Source of the DNA: Thermoproteota archaeon
GTDB lineage: Archaea; Thermoproteota; Nitrososphaeria; Nitrososphaerales; UBA57
Length of the DNA stretch: 64,000 nt
NCBI GenBank assembly: GCA_036422215.1
Contig: JAYZAG010000008.1
Location: 2,842 to 66,841 of the forward strand
Direction of reading: 5' to 3'
Shown: positions 18,489 to 27,674 of the stretch, one piece after another
Numbering within the stretch: the first letter of the stretch is position 1
Layout: each line of letters starts with the position of its first letter
Notes under the pieces: generated by a model
Told to the model about the DNA's origin: nothing
Databases searched by the model: none
The model's input: the letters and a program-made list of their open reading frames with translations, nothing else
Translations under genes and position numbers: made by a program

Positions 18489-18953
18489 ATGGAATATCGA
18501 TCTATTGCAGTTGGTGGAACATTTGAAATGTTACATAAAGGACACCAATTTTTACTGTCTAAATGCTTTGAATATGCGGATGAAGTTGTTATAGGACTCA
18601 CTGGCGATCTATTTGCTCAAAAACTTGGTAAAAATTTGAAATAGGACTTCAGTTATCGTAAAATTCAACTTGAAAAGTTTCTATCTGAATATTTTCCCAA
18701 AAGAAAATACAGTATATGGGAATTACACGACTATTTTGGTCCTGCTATATTACTCGAAAGCATAGAAGCAATTATAGTCACTTCTGACAATTCTGATCGA
18801 GTGAAATTGGCCAATGATATGAGAACAAGTAAAGGCATTTCTCCGTTAAAAATTCTTTCTGTTGATCTTATTAAAGCACAAGATGGCGCTCCTATTTCGA
18901 GTACTAGGATATTACACGGCGAAATAGACAATGAGGGAAATGTTATAAAATAA
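18489..18953 (+). pseudogene. archaeal phosphopantetheine adenylyltransferase (PPAT) interrupted by one in-frame TAG (18642-18644)
   Basis: Not in the ORF track. ATG 18489 to TAA 18951-18953 is one frame of 154 codons. The translation is MEYRSIAVGGTFEMLHKGHQFLLSKC...LGKNLK*DFSYRKIQLEKFL...ISSTRILHGEIDNEG. It has the GGTF..LH.GH nucleotidyltransferase motif and a C-terminal ISSTRI motif. Confidence 0.8.
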
Positions 18954-18985
18954 ATCAAGCAGTTATAGATTAAGAGGAAAATAAT

Positions 18986-20107
18986 TTGGATGAAGAATTT
19001 ACAGTAACTCCTTGGGAAGTAAAAGGCGATGTTGACTATGATAAACTAGTTAAAAAATTCGGAACATCGTATATCGATCAGGACTTGTTAGATAAAATAC
19101 AAAAACATACTGATCATCTTCATACTATGCTTCGACGTAAGATTTTCTTCAGTCATAGAGATCTTAATCTCTTAATTGATAATTACAATAATGGCAAAGA
19201 ATTTGCGCTTTATACTGGTAGAGGCCCTTCTGGACATACACACATAGGACACCTTATTCCTTGGTTATTTACCAAACACCTTCAAGACAATTTTGGGTCT
19301 GAATTATATTTTCAAATCACAGATGATGAAAAATTTCTTAATGATCCTCATTTGAATCATAAACAAGTTTTGGATTATACTTATGATAATGCATTAGATA
19401 TAATTGCATTAGGGTTCGACCCTGAGAAAACTTTCATTTTTGCTGATACTGAATATATCAAAACAATGTACACAATTGCCATGCACATCGCTAAAAAAAT
19501 AACATTTTCAACAGCACGTTCAGTGTTTGGTTTTGAAAATAGCACAAATATTGGAATGATTTTTTATCCTGCTTTACAGGCAGCCACTTGTTTTCTTCCT
19601 TCTGTTTTAAAAGGTAAAAACATTCCAACTCTTATTCCTGCAGCTATAGATCAGGACGATTACTGGCGTGGAATAGCTAGAGATGTAGCACCAAAGCTTG
19701 GTTATCCAAAACCCGTTCAGGTACATTCCAAATTTCTTCCTGGGCTAGGAAAGGGTGGTAAAATGAGTGCTTCCGAACCTGACACTGCGATCTTTACCAC
19801 AGATACTCCTGAAGTTGCAGAAAAAAAGATCAAGAATTCCTTTACTGGAGGCCGAGATACAGTAGAAGAACAACGCAAACATGGTGGCACTCCTGAAATT
19901 TGTCCGATTTATAATTATTATAAATTTCTTTTTGAAGATGATGATAAAGAATTAGAAAAAATATTTTCGGATTGTTTGAATGGAGATTTATTATGTGGCG
20001 ATGATAAAGAACACCTCATATCTAAAGTAAAACCATTCCTGAAGGATCATCAACATAAACGTGAAAAAGCAAAAGATATGATTGATAAATTCATGTTAAA
20101 AGACTAG
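18986..20107 (+). CDS. trpS: tryptophan--tRNA ligase
   Basis: TPWEVKG..DYDKLVKKFG N-terminus, PSGHTHIGHLIP (HIGH) and KMSAS. Confidence 0.9.
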   Translation: MDEEFTVTPWEVKGDVDYDKLVKKFGTSYIDQDLLDKIQKHTDHLHTMLRRKIFFSHRDLNLLIDNYNNGKEFALYTGRGPSGHTHIGHLIPWLFTKHLQDNFGSELYFQITDDEKFLNDPHLNHKQVLDYTYDNALDIIALGFDPEKTFIFADTEYIKTMYTIAMHIAKKITFSTARSVFGFENSTNIGMIFYPALQAATCFLPSVLKGKNIPTLIPAAIDQDDYWRGIARDVAPKLGYPKPVQVHSKFLPGLGKGGKMSASEPDTAIFTTDTPEVAEKKIKNSFTGGRDTVEEQRKHGGTPEICPIYNYYKFLFEDDDKELEKIFSDCLNGDLLCGDDKEHLISKVKPFLKDHQHKREKAKDMIDKFMLKD

Positions 20108-20117
20108 GCGATTAGAA

Positions 20118-21638
20118 ATGACAGAAATAGATTCAAACACTTTTCATCCTCTTGAAAAAATAGTCTTAAAGAACCTTGTAAAGAAAAAATCAATTAATCT
20201 TAATGAACTTTCTACCGAGTCAGGTTTAAACATTGATCAGATACGAAGATCTGTCGAATGGTTAAAGGAAAAAAAACTAATAACTGTAAAATCCGTTGAA
20301 ACAAAATCATACTCTCTTGGAGAGGAAGGAAAAAAAGTTCTCGATGTTGGTTTACCTGAAACACGACTATTGAAAACTATAGAATCAAATAATAATAAAA
20401 TAACGCTGCGAGAGTTATCAGAAAATAAATCTTTTGAAGGAAATGAGTTATCTGCTGCTTTAGGCTATGCACGAGCACAAAAACTGATTAATATATCAAA
20501 AGAAGGCAATGACACCATTGTAACTGTTGTAAGTAAAATTGATCAAAAACTTGAACAAAATTTCTTGCAAAAACTGTTGAATTCTGTTGAATCTGAGAAT
20601 ATCTCTAAAGATGAAGCAATTTTATTAAAATCATTTCTTAGAAGACCTGATTTCATAATTATAAATTCTATAAAAGAATCAAGAATAGAATTATCTGAAA
20701 CTGGACTACGAATAGCTCCTACTGTTGAAATTTCTGACGAAGTAGATAATCTAACTCCTGACTTAATAGTCAGTGGAAATTGGAAGACATCAAAAATACG
20801 TCCTCTTAACCTTAATTCTCCAGTTCCTGAAATATTTTCTGGAAGAAAACATCCCATGCAATTATTTATCGATGAAGTCAAAGAGATCTTTATTTCCTTA
20901 GGTTTTGAAGAAATACAAGGACCTATTATACAATCTTGTTTCTGGAATTTTGATTCATTGTTTACTCCACAAGATCATCCTGCTCGAGAAATACAGGATA
21001 CTTTTTACATTGAAGATTCTACTATTGATAATGTTGCTACACAAGAAACCATATCAAATGTTTCTTCTGCACATGAAACTGGAGGCAACACAGGATCAAA
21101 AGGATGGAGATACAAATGGAATTCAGAACTTTCCAAAAATGTAGTTATGCGAACACATACTACTCCAATCACTATCAAGTACTTAGCTGATCACACTCCT
21201 GACGACGCAAAAGTTTTTTCTATTGGGAAAGTATTTAGAAATGAAAAAGTCACCTTCAAAAATCTTGTTGAATTTAATCAAATTGAAGGTATAGTAGTAG
21301 GAGAAAAAGTTACACTTAGAGACATGATGGGTCTTCTAACTAAATTCTACGAAAAACTTGGACTTCACAAAGTCAAATTTTGGCCATCTTTCTTTCCTTA
21401 CACTGAACCATCTTTACAATCCATGGTTTATCATGAAGGCCTAGGAAGATGGGTTGAATTGGCTGGAATGGGCATATTTAGACCAGAGGTAACTATTCCT
21501 CTAGGCATAAAACATCCTGTTTTAGCATGGGGCGGTGGATTAGAAAGACTTGTTATGTTAAAATATGGAATAGACGATTCTAGGAAATTATATGAAAATG
21601 ATTTAGACTGGCTTAGGAGATTCTCACTTTGCCAGTAG
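20118..21638 (+). CDS. pheS: phenylalanine--tRNA ligase alpha subunit
   Basis: N-terminal wHTH repeats and class II core motifs (HPMQ..., FRNE, GMGIFRPEV, AWGGGLERL). Confidence 0.92.
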   Translation: MTEIDSNTFHPLEKIVLKNLVKKKSINLNELSTESGLNIDQIRRSVEWLKEKKLITVKSVETKSYSLGEEGKKVLDVGLPETRLLKTIESNNNKITLRELSENKSFEGNELSAALGYARAQKLINISKEGNDTIVTVVSKIDQKLEQNFLQKLLNSVESENISKDEAILLKSFLRRPDFIIINSIKESRIELSETGLRIAPTVEISDEVDNLTPDLIVSGNWKTSKIRPLNLNSPVPEIFSGRKHPMQLFIDEVKEIFISLGFEEIQGPIIQSCFWNFDSLFTPQDHPAREIQDTFYIEDSTIDNVATQETISNVSSAHETGGNTGSKGWRYKWNSELSKNVVMRTHTTPITIKYLADHTPDDAKVFSIGKVFRNEKVTFKNLVEFNQIEGIVVGEKVTLRDMMGLLTKFYEKLGLHKVKFWPSFFPYTEPSLQSMVYHEGLGRWVELAGMGIFRPEVTIPLGIKHPVLAWGGGLERLVMLKYGIDDSRKLYENDLDWLRRFSLCQ

Positions 21639-23275
21639 TTACAATATATTTTGATAGAATATATTCTATGTTAAAGGGGGAAATAGATCGAGATGAACTT
21701 CTAGACAAAATCCCATATCTTGGTTTAGATATAGAAGAAATACACGAATCTTATTTTAAGTTAGAGTATAACCCAAATAGACCTGATTTTTCTACTGACT
21801 ATGGATTAGCTAGGGCTTTGAATGCATTTTTAGAATTTGAAAAAAGCTGGCCTGATTATAATATAACCAAAAATGATCTTACTATACACGTAGATCAATC
21901 TATAAAAAATGTTAGACCATATATTACATCTGCAATCATAAAAAATATTATTCTAGATGATGAGTCTATTAGACAGCTCATTAACATGCAGGAAGATCTT
22001 CATAATGGAATTGGAAGAAAACGTAGAAAAGTTTCAATAGGAATTCATAATTTTGATGTTATAAAACCTCCTGTTTATTATAAAACGGTTGATAAAAATT
22101 TTTCATTTGTACCATTAAATAGTAAAAATAAATCTACAATACATGAAATATTAACTGAAACTGATACAGGAAAATCTTATGGGAGTATACTTTCCGAGAG
22201 TTCACTTTATCCAATTCTTGTTGATTCTTCAAATGGAGTTCTTTCATTTCCTCCAATAATTAATGGTGATCTGACTCGTTTAACTTCTGATACCAAAAAT
22301 CTATTTATTGATGTAACTTCTACTAATCTGGAATCTGCACATGATGCTTTGGCAGTTTTAACTAGCTCATTGAGTGATGCAGGAGGTCAAATTGAATCCG
22401 TAAATGTTAACTATTCTGATATTTCTATTGTTACTCCTGATTTGTCTAATACGTCTATGGTTATGGATCTAAATTATGCAAAATCTCTTTTAGGTATAAA
22501 TCCCACAATTAATGAAGTTCAAGCATGTTTGTTGCGCAGTCGTATGAAATCTATCGTTGAAAATGAAACTTTGAAGGTTATGATCCCTCGATATAGATTT
22601 GACATATTACATCAGGTTGATTTGGTAGAAGAATTGGTTATAGGATATGGTCTGTATAATCTTTCTCCTACCGTTCCAAAAAGCTCTCTTGTTGGGAAAA
22701 CTAATTCAGTTCAAAAACAGTTGGATTCTATTAGGCACACTTTGACTGGTTTAGGCTTTAATGAGGTGAAAACTTTTAGTTTAATAAGCAAAGATCTGTT
22801 GGAAAGGACTAAAATACCCACTGAATCTTCCCCTCGAATTATAGATACTAAAAGCAATGAACATGAGTTCTTAAGAAACTCTCTAATTCCATCATTGTTG
22901 TCCACTCTTTCCAAAAATATCAACAATGAATATCCTCAAAAAATATTTGAAATGTCTGAAAGTTTTCAAAAACTTGGTACGAAAATAAATGAACATATGA
23001 ATTTAGCTACGTGTATAGCTCATTCATCTGCCAATTTTACTGAATGTAAATCTAATCTTGTTTCTTTTTTGCGACAATATAATAAAATCGAGTGCACGAC
23101 TCCCAGCAAATCCTATCCTATCTTCATTGATGGAAGATCTGCTGATATTTTAGTAAATGATAGTAAAGTTGGAATTATTGGCGAAATATCACCAGAAATT
23201 ATTCAATCTTTTAGCTTACGAACTCCCATAACTTGTTTTGAGATTAATTTGAATTCTAAAATAATTTCTACTTAG
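21629..23275 (+). CDS. pheT: phenylalanine--tRNA ligase beta subunit (archaeal type)
   Basis: MPVVTIYFDR..., the NPNRPD motif and B3/4-B5 architecture. Overlaps pheS by 10 nt. Confidence 0.92.
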   Translation: MPVVTIYFDRIYSMLKGEIDRDELLDKIPYLGLDIEEIHESYFKLEYNPNRPDFSTDYGLARALNAFLEFEKSWPDYNITKNDLTIHVDQSIKNVRPYITSAIIKNIILDDESIRQLINMQEDLHNGIGRKRRKVSIGIHNFDVIKPPVYYKTVDKNFSFVPLNSKNKSTIHEILTETDTGKSYGSILSESSLYPILVDSSNGVLSFPPIINGDLTRLTSDTKNLFIDVTSTNLESAHDALAVLTSSLSDAGGQIESVNVNYSDISIVTPDLSNTSMVMDLNYAKSLLGINPTINEVQACLLRSRMKSIVENETLKVMIPRYRFDILHQVDLVEELVIGYGLYNLSPTVPKSSLVGKTNSVQKQLDSIRHTLTGLGFNEVKTFSLISKDLLERTKIPTESSPRIIDTKSNEHEFLRNSLIPSLLSTLSKNINNEYPQKIFEMSESFQKLGTKINEHMNLATCIAHSSANFTECKSNLVSFLRQYNKIECTTPSKSYPIFIDGRSADILVNDSKVGIIGEISPEIIQSFSLRTPITCFEINLNSKIIST

Positions 23276-23281
23276 TTTCAA

Positions 23282-23956
23282 CTATTCGACTATTTTGATC
23301 TTCATTTCTACTTTTTCTAGCGGATTGTCCCTACTGTCTCTTTCGACACTTACAATTTTATCTGCAACATCCATCCCTTCTGTCACTCTTCCAAAAACTG
23401 TATATTGACGATCAAGTTGAGTTGAATCTTTTACGACTATGAAAAACTGCGATCCTGCACTATTTGGATCATTAGATCTTGCCATTGATAATATGCCTCT
23501 TTTATGAGAGATCTCATTAAACTCTGCGTTTATTGTATATCCTGGTCCGCCCATTCCATCATTGCTTCGATCATTATCTTTTGAATTAGGATCCCCTCAT
23601 TGTATCATAAATCCTGGGATTACTCTGTGAAATGTTGTACCATCATAAAAGCCGTCTTTTGATAATTTAATAAAATTCTCAACATGTTTTGGCGCTACAT
23701 CAGGCAATAATTCTATTACAATATTACCATATTTTGTTTCTATAATTGCTTTCGGATTACTCATGGAATTAGATTGCACCTGGTTTTTATTATCTTCTTG
23801 CTTTTCGACTTCAATTACTTCTATTTCTTCTTCTACTGTTTCTATAATCTCTTCTGTCTGTTCTTGATTTGTTGTTTGAATAACATAGAGAAACCCCAGT
23901 CCAAGTAAAAGCACTAACACGATTGGTATTAATTTTGCATTACTACTGGAATTCAA
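23282..23956 (-). pseudogene. membrane-anchored cyclophilin-type peptidyl-prolyl isomerase with one in-frame TGA (complement of 23597-23599)
   Basis: ORF-track pieces 23597..23956 and 23282..23554 are in the same frame. The joined reading is ...[37 protein letters not shown]...SAGSQFFI. The stop replaces the first Gly of the conserved FMIQGGD motif (GGA to TGA is one substitution). Confidence 0.85.
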
Positions 23957-24076
23957 CTATTAGTATAAAGTGAAATGTATTAATAAATCTTGGATGGTAA
24001 TATTATGTATCCATGTTCATAATAGCGCTTTGACGGCCTAATACGAATATGTATGAATTTACAATAATGAATTTTA

Positions 24077-24185
24077 GGTCTACCCAGGAGTGCAACAGAC
24101 ATGGCAGGTACCCCGGTAAGAAAGCTTGTAAGTTAGGTACTTGCTGATACCTGCACAATGATCTAAGCGGTCAGAGCCGGGGTTC
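24077..24185. ncRNA. GC-rich island, candidate structured RNA of unknown class
   Basis: Lies in a 260-nt gap with no ORF and is much more G+C-rich than its flanks. Complementary segments are GCAGGTA (24104-24110)/TACCTGC (24148-24154, followed by ACA) and ACCCCGG (24110-24116)/CCGGGGT (24177-24183). A second AGGTAC copy sits at 24135-24140. Strand undetermined. Confidence 0.35.
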
Positions 24186-24216
24186 ATAATTAATATTATG
24201 AAATAGTTATCATACA

Positions 24217-24615
24217 ATGTACTTGGTCAATATTCTAATTTCTGATTCTCAGTTTCTAATATTTCTAAAGAATTTTATCACTAACCTTAATCGTGAGTTT
24301 GATGAGTCTTCTCTAATTGTTGTTGAAGGTAAAAATGATTTAGCTGCACTTCAACTTCTTGGATTCAAAGGCAAAGCATTCATGGTCTCCAATGGTAAAA
24401 GAATATTAGATCTTGCAGATCAGGTTGAATTTTATAAAAAAATAGTCCTTTTGTTTGATTATGATAATCGAGGCAGAGAACTAACACATCAATCAATCAA
24501 ATTATTGGAACGTAGTATAAACGTTGACATATATTATAGAAAACAACTGTCTAAGCACTCTAAGGGCCGTATTAGATATATTGAACAATTGTCTATTTTT
24601 CGAAATGTTTTTTAG
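24217..24615 (+). CDS. small Toprim-domain protein
   Basis: IVVEGKNDLAAL (Toprim Glu) and LLFDYDNRGRE (DxD-like acidic motif). Confidence 0.55.
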   Translation: MYLVNILISDSQFLIFLKNFITNLNREFDESSLIVVEGKNDLAALQLLGFKGKAFMVSNGKRILDLADQVEFYKKIVLLFDYDNRGRELTHQSIKLLERSINVDIYYRKQLSKHSKGRIRYIEQLSIFRNVF

Positions 24616-24689
24616 TACTAGTTTAAATGCAATGTAATCCGATGAAAACATTTTTATTCCTCTTTTTGAAATAATTTACGCGATAGCCG

Positions 24690-25025
24690 TTGAATTTCTG
24701 CCCTAAATGTGACTCCAAATTAATTATTGATAAAGAAGTGACTGACAATAAACCAAAATTGAAACTAGTATGCTATGTCTGCGATAATTCATTATCTCAG
24801 GGCTCCGTAAAAATCAAAGAAAAAATATCTGAAGGTAAACCATCTATTAAAATTCTTGATAAAACATCAAAACAACTTCAAAGTTTGCCCACTACCTCAG
24901 CTTCATGTCATAAATGTGATGGAAATACAGCCTATTTCTGGGAACAGCAAACTGCCGATTTAGAGCAAGCTTCCACTCAATTCTTCAGATGTACAAAATG
25001 CAATCATACTTGGAGATCAAATTAA
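24690..25025 (+). CDS. tfs: transcription factor S / RpoM-like protein (two Zn-ribbons)
   Basis: N-terminal ribbon CPKC...CYVC and C-terminal ribbon CHKC...QQTADLEQASTQFFRCTKCNHTW. TTG start. Confidence 0.75.
   Translation: MNFCPKCDSKLIIDKEVTDNKPKLKLVCYVCDNSLSQGSVKIKEKISEGKPSIKILDKTSKQLQSLPTTSASCHKCDGNTAYFWEQQTADLEQASTQFFRCTKCNHTWRSN
24693..24806 (+). repeat. copy 1 of a dispersed Zn-ribbon-coding module (TFS N-terminal ribbon)
   Basis: Hand alignment to the complement of 39289-39402 gives 87 of 114 nt identical. Exact runs include TCCAAATTAATTATTGAT and AATAAACCAAAAT. There are 22 of 38 identical residues. Confidence 0.7.
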
Positions 25026-25104
25026 GATTTTTCTCTAAATCTTTATACTTAATTTGAAATTTAAAGAAATTTATATATTATAAAAAACAGAAGAAAACTT
25101 GTTT

Positions 25105-25467
25105 ATGGTAGCAACTGAATTTGTCGTTGTGGTATTTTTGGCAGGATTCGGATTAGCAGCAGGTCTACCTACTGTTTTAATTCCTTTGTTCTTTGCACCT
25201 AAGCGCCGTAATCCAATTAAAGCCCAAACCTTTGAATCAGGACAAGTTCCACAAGGAGAATCACGAATTCATTTAATTATGCAATATTATGGTTATTTAA
25301 TTATGTTTGTTTGTTTTGATGTCACTGTGATGTTTTTGTTAACTTGGGGTGTTACTTTTTCCCAACTTGGATTTACTAGTATTTTACCTATAACTGCATT
25401 TGTTGTTGCAATCATTATTCCAATGGCTTATGCATTAAAAATGGCGGTGCGACCTGAACTATGGTAG
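25105..25467 (+). CDS. nuoA: NADH-quinone oxidoreductase subunit A
   Basis: Three-TM protein, first gene of the nuo string, with FESGQ motif. Confidence 0.85.
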   Translation: MVATEFVVVVFLAGFGLAAGLPTVLIPLFFAPKRRNPIKAQTFESGQVPQGESRIHLIMQYYGYLIMFVCFDVTVMFLLTWGVTFSQLGFTSILPITAFVVAIIIPMAYALKMAVRPELW

Positions 25468-26021
25468 ATGACAATCAAGAAACTATTCTTGAAAATGTAA
25501 ATGTAAATGAAGAAGATTCTCCTACTTCAGTTTTTGTTGGTAAAATTAGTGAGGTACTCGACACAGTTGTTGAAAAAGCAGTAAAGGAACCTACTCGGTA
25601 TTTAGTTAACTGGGGTAGACTGTATGCATTATGGCCTGTTCATGTAGAGACTGCATGTTGTAGTATAGAATTTGGTGCAGCTTCAGGACCTCGCTATGAT
25701 CTTGAAAGATTTGGAATTCTTGAAGCATTTGGCTCTCTACGTCAATGTGATCTTCTAGTTGTTCAGGGAACCGTTACTAGAAAAATGGCACCTAGATTGA
25801 AATGGATTTATGAACAAATGCCTGAACCAAAATGGTGTGTTGCTATGGGAGCATGTGCAATTTCTGGTGGATTGTACATTGATTCATATAATGTTCTTCA
25901 GGGAATTGATAAAGTTCTTCCTGTTGATGTTTATATTCCTGGTTGTCCACCAAGACCTGAAACCTTAATCCAAGGTCTTGTTGAATTACAACATAAAATA
26001 AGAAAATCACATGTAAGGTAA
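25461..26021 (+). CDS. nuoB: NADH-quinone oxidoreductase subunit B
   Basis: Cluster N2 cysteines: ETACCSIEF, GACAISGG and IPGCPPRPE. Confidence 0.92.
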   Translation: MVDDNQETILENVNVNEEDSPTSVFVGKISEVLDTVVEKAVKEPTRYLVNWGRLYALWPVHVETACCSIEFGAASGPRYDLERFGILEAFGSLRQCDLLVVQGTVTRKMAPRLKWIYEQMPEPKWCVAMGACAISGGLYIDSYNVLQGIDKVLPVDVYIPGCPPRPETLIQGLVELQHKIRKSHVR

Positions 26022-26027
26022 AACAAA

Positions 26028-26501
26028 ATGACTAATTCATTAATGGAAAAAGATCTTTCAGATAATTTGAAAAAAACTCTGGGTCCAAAACTTAAAGTCA
26101 TCGAGTCAACAGAACGTAGAATTAAAATTGAAACTACTCCTGAAAATATTCTGGAGGTTGCAACATCTATCAAAAAATTAGGATTTGATCAAGTTATGTC
26201 TAACGGTGGAACTGACTATCCAGATAAAAAAATATTCAGATTAGATTATCACATTATTTCTGTCAATGTTAAAAAACTTCGCAGAACAGTACTACAACTC
26301 ACAACTCACATTCCAAAAGACAATGCTACTATAAACACTCTAATTACTGTTTTTCCTAGTGCATCATATCATGAACAAGAAACACATGAAAATCTTGGAA
26401 TAGTTTTTGAAGGACATCCAAGAATGGAACGGCTACTTCTACCAGAGGATTGGGACGATATTCCTCCTTTGCTAAAGGAATTCAAATTACCAGGTAGATG
26501 A
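26028..26501 (+). CDS. nuoC: NADH-quinone oxidoreductase subunit C
   Basis: YHEQETHENLGIVFEGHP...LLLPEDW pattern. Confidence 0.85.
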   Translation: MTNSLMEKDLSDNLKKTLGPKLKVIESTERRIKIETTPENILEVATSIKKLGFDQVMSNGGTDYPDKKIFRLDYHIISVNVKKLRRTVLQLTTHIPKDNATINTLITVFPSASYHEQETHENLGIVFEGHPRMERLLLPEDWDDIPPLLKEFKLPGR

Positions 26502-26505
26502 TGAA

Positions 26506-27669
26506 ATGGTATCTGACCAAAAAATAGGCAATACATTTGGAATAGACAATAGAGTTTTTAATTCAAAAATAGTCGAAAAAGAAGGCAATAGGCTAGTATT
26601 GAATGTTGGACCTCAACACCCCGGATCGGGACACTTCAGATTAGTTGTAACAATAGATGGTGATACAATAGTAGACATTAAACCTGACCCCGGATATGTT
26701 CACCGTGGCGCCGAAAAGATGGCAGAACATAGAACATACATTCAGAACATTCCTCATTTAGAAAGACCTGTTATTATAGATTCGAGCAATATTCTGTTTT
26801 CTTATGTTCTTGCCTGTGAACAAATTCTGGATATTACACCTCCTGAACGTGGTGAATATATTAGAATACTTATGTCAGAATTAAACAGAATAATTTCTCA
26901 CACATATTGGCTTTCAATTTATGGTATATTTCTAGGACATTCTACGATGTTTATGTGGCCAATGGGAGATCGTGAATTATTCATAGATCTTGCACAATCA
27001 ATAGGTGGAACCCGAGTTACGTTTTCATATTTTATACCTGGCGGTGTACGTAATGACATTCCCGATGACTTTAAAGAGAAAGCTCTTAAAACTTTTAGTT
27101 ATTTTGATAAACGTCTTGTAGAATATGAAAAAATTTTCTTTAACAATCCACTTGTTTTACAACGTACTAAGGGAATTGGAATTCTTAAGAAACAAGATGC
27201 TATTAATTTAGGAATAACTGGACCAAATTTGAGAGCGTCAGGTGTAAATTCAGATACTCGAAAGGATGAACCTTATTCAAAATACGACACAATTGATTTT
27301 GACATTCCTGTTCTGAAAGAAGGTGATTGTCATTCACGAGCTAAAATTCATCTTGAAGAAATGCGTCAGAGTCTAAACATTATGCGTCAAGTACTAGATA
27401 TAATTCCTGAAGGACCAGTTAAGCATATATTCCGAGGTCAGATGAAAGGAGAACCTGGAGAAGCATTTTCAAGAACCGAAGCTGCAAGAGGAACAATGTT
27501 CTATCACATAATTAGTGATGGAGAAATTAATCCTTATAGAGTTAAAATCAGTGTACCTTCATTTAGAAATCTTATTGCTATGAAACATTTACTCATTGGA
27601 AAACACATTGCTGACATGCCACCTATTTATTGGGGTCTTGATTATTGGCCTGTTGAGGCAGATAAGTGA
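26506..27669 (+). CDS. nuoD: NADH-quinone oxidoreductase subunit D
   Basis: LNVGPQHPGSGHFRLV, GYVHRGAEK and RVKISVPSF. Confidence 0.92.
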   Translation: MVSDQKIGNTFGIDNRVFNSKIVEKEGNRLVLNVGPQHPGSGHFRLVVTIDGDTIVDIKPDPGYVHRGAEKMAEHRTYIQNIPHLERPVIIDSSNILFSYVLACEQILDITPPERGEYIRILMSELNRIISHTYWLSIYGIFLGHSTMFMWPMGDRELFIDLAQSIGGTRVTFSYFIPGGVRNDIPDDFKEKALKTFSYFDKRLVEYEKIFFNNPLVLQRTKGIGILKKQDAINLGITGPNLRASGVNSDTRKDEPYSKYDTIDFDIPVLKEGDCHSRAKIHLEEMRQSLNIMRQVLDIIPEGPVKHIFRGQMKGEPGEAFSRTEAARGTMFYHIISDGEINPYRVKISVPSFRNLIAMKHLLIGKHIADMPPIYWGLDYWPVEADK

Positions 27670-27674
27670 TCTAG

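Noticed and set aside
23597-23599. Possible recoding of the in-frame TGA (as Gly, as in genetic code 25, or as selenocysteine) and of the in-frame TAG at 18642 (as pyrrolysine).
   Set aside because: TGA and TAG are clearly used as ordinary stops by many well-defined genes in this window. TGA ends the thiolase, HBD, nuoD, nuoK, nuoL and S8 protease genes. TAG ends glnA and the first nuoM-like gene. No Sec or Pyl machinery or SECIS/PYLIS-like hairpin was noticed, and the lineage is not known for either. A point mutation or sequence error is the simpler explanation.
24077-24185. Assignment of the GC-rich island to a specific RNA family (H/ACA guide, SRP RNA, RNase P RNA, riboswitch, split tRNA).
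   Set aside because: The GCAGGTA/TACCTGC+ACA arrangement looked H/ACA-like, but the internal loops are too asymmetric (12 nt versus 2 nt) for a pseudouridylation pocket. I found no SRP helix-8 consensus, no RNase P CR-I/CR-V consensus and no T-arm closure. It is kept only as an unclassified candidate.
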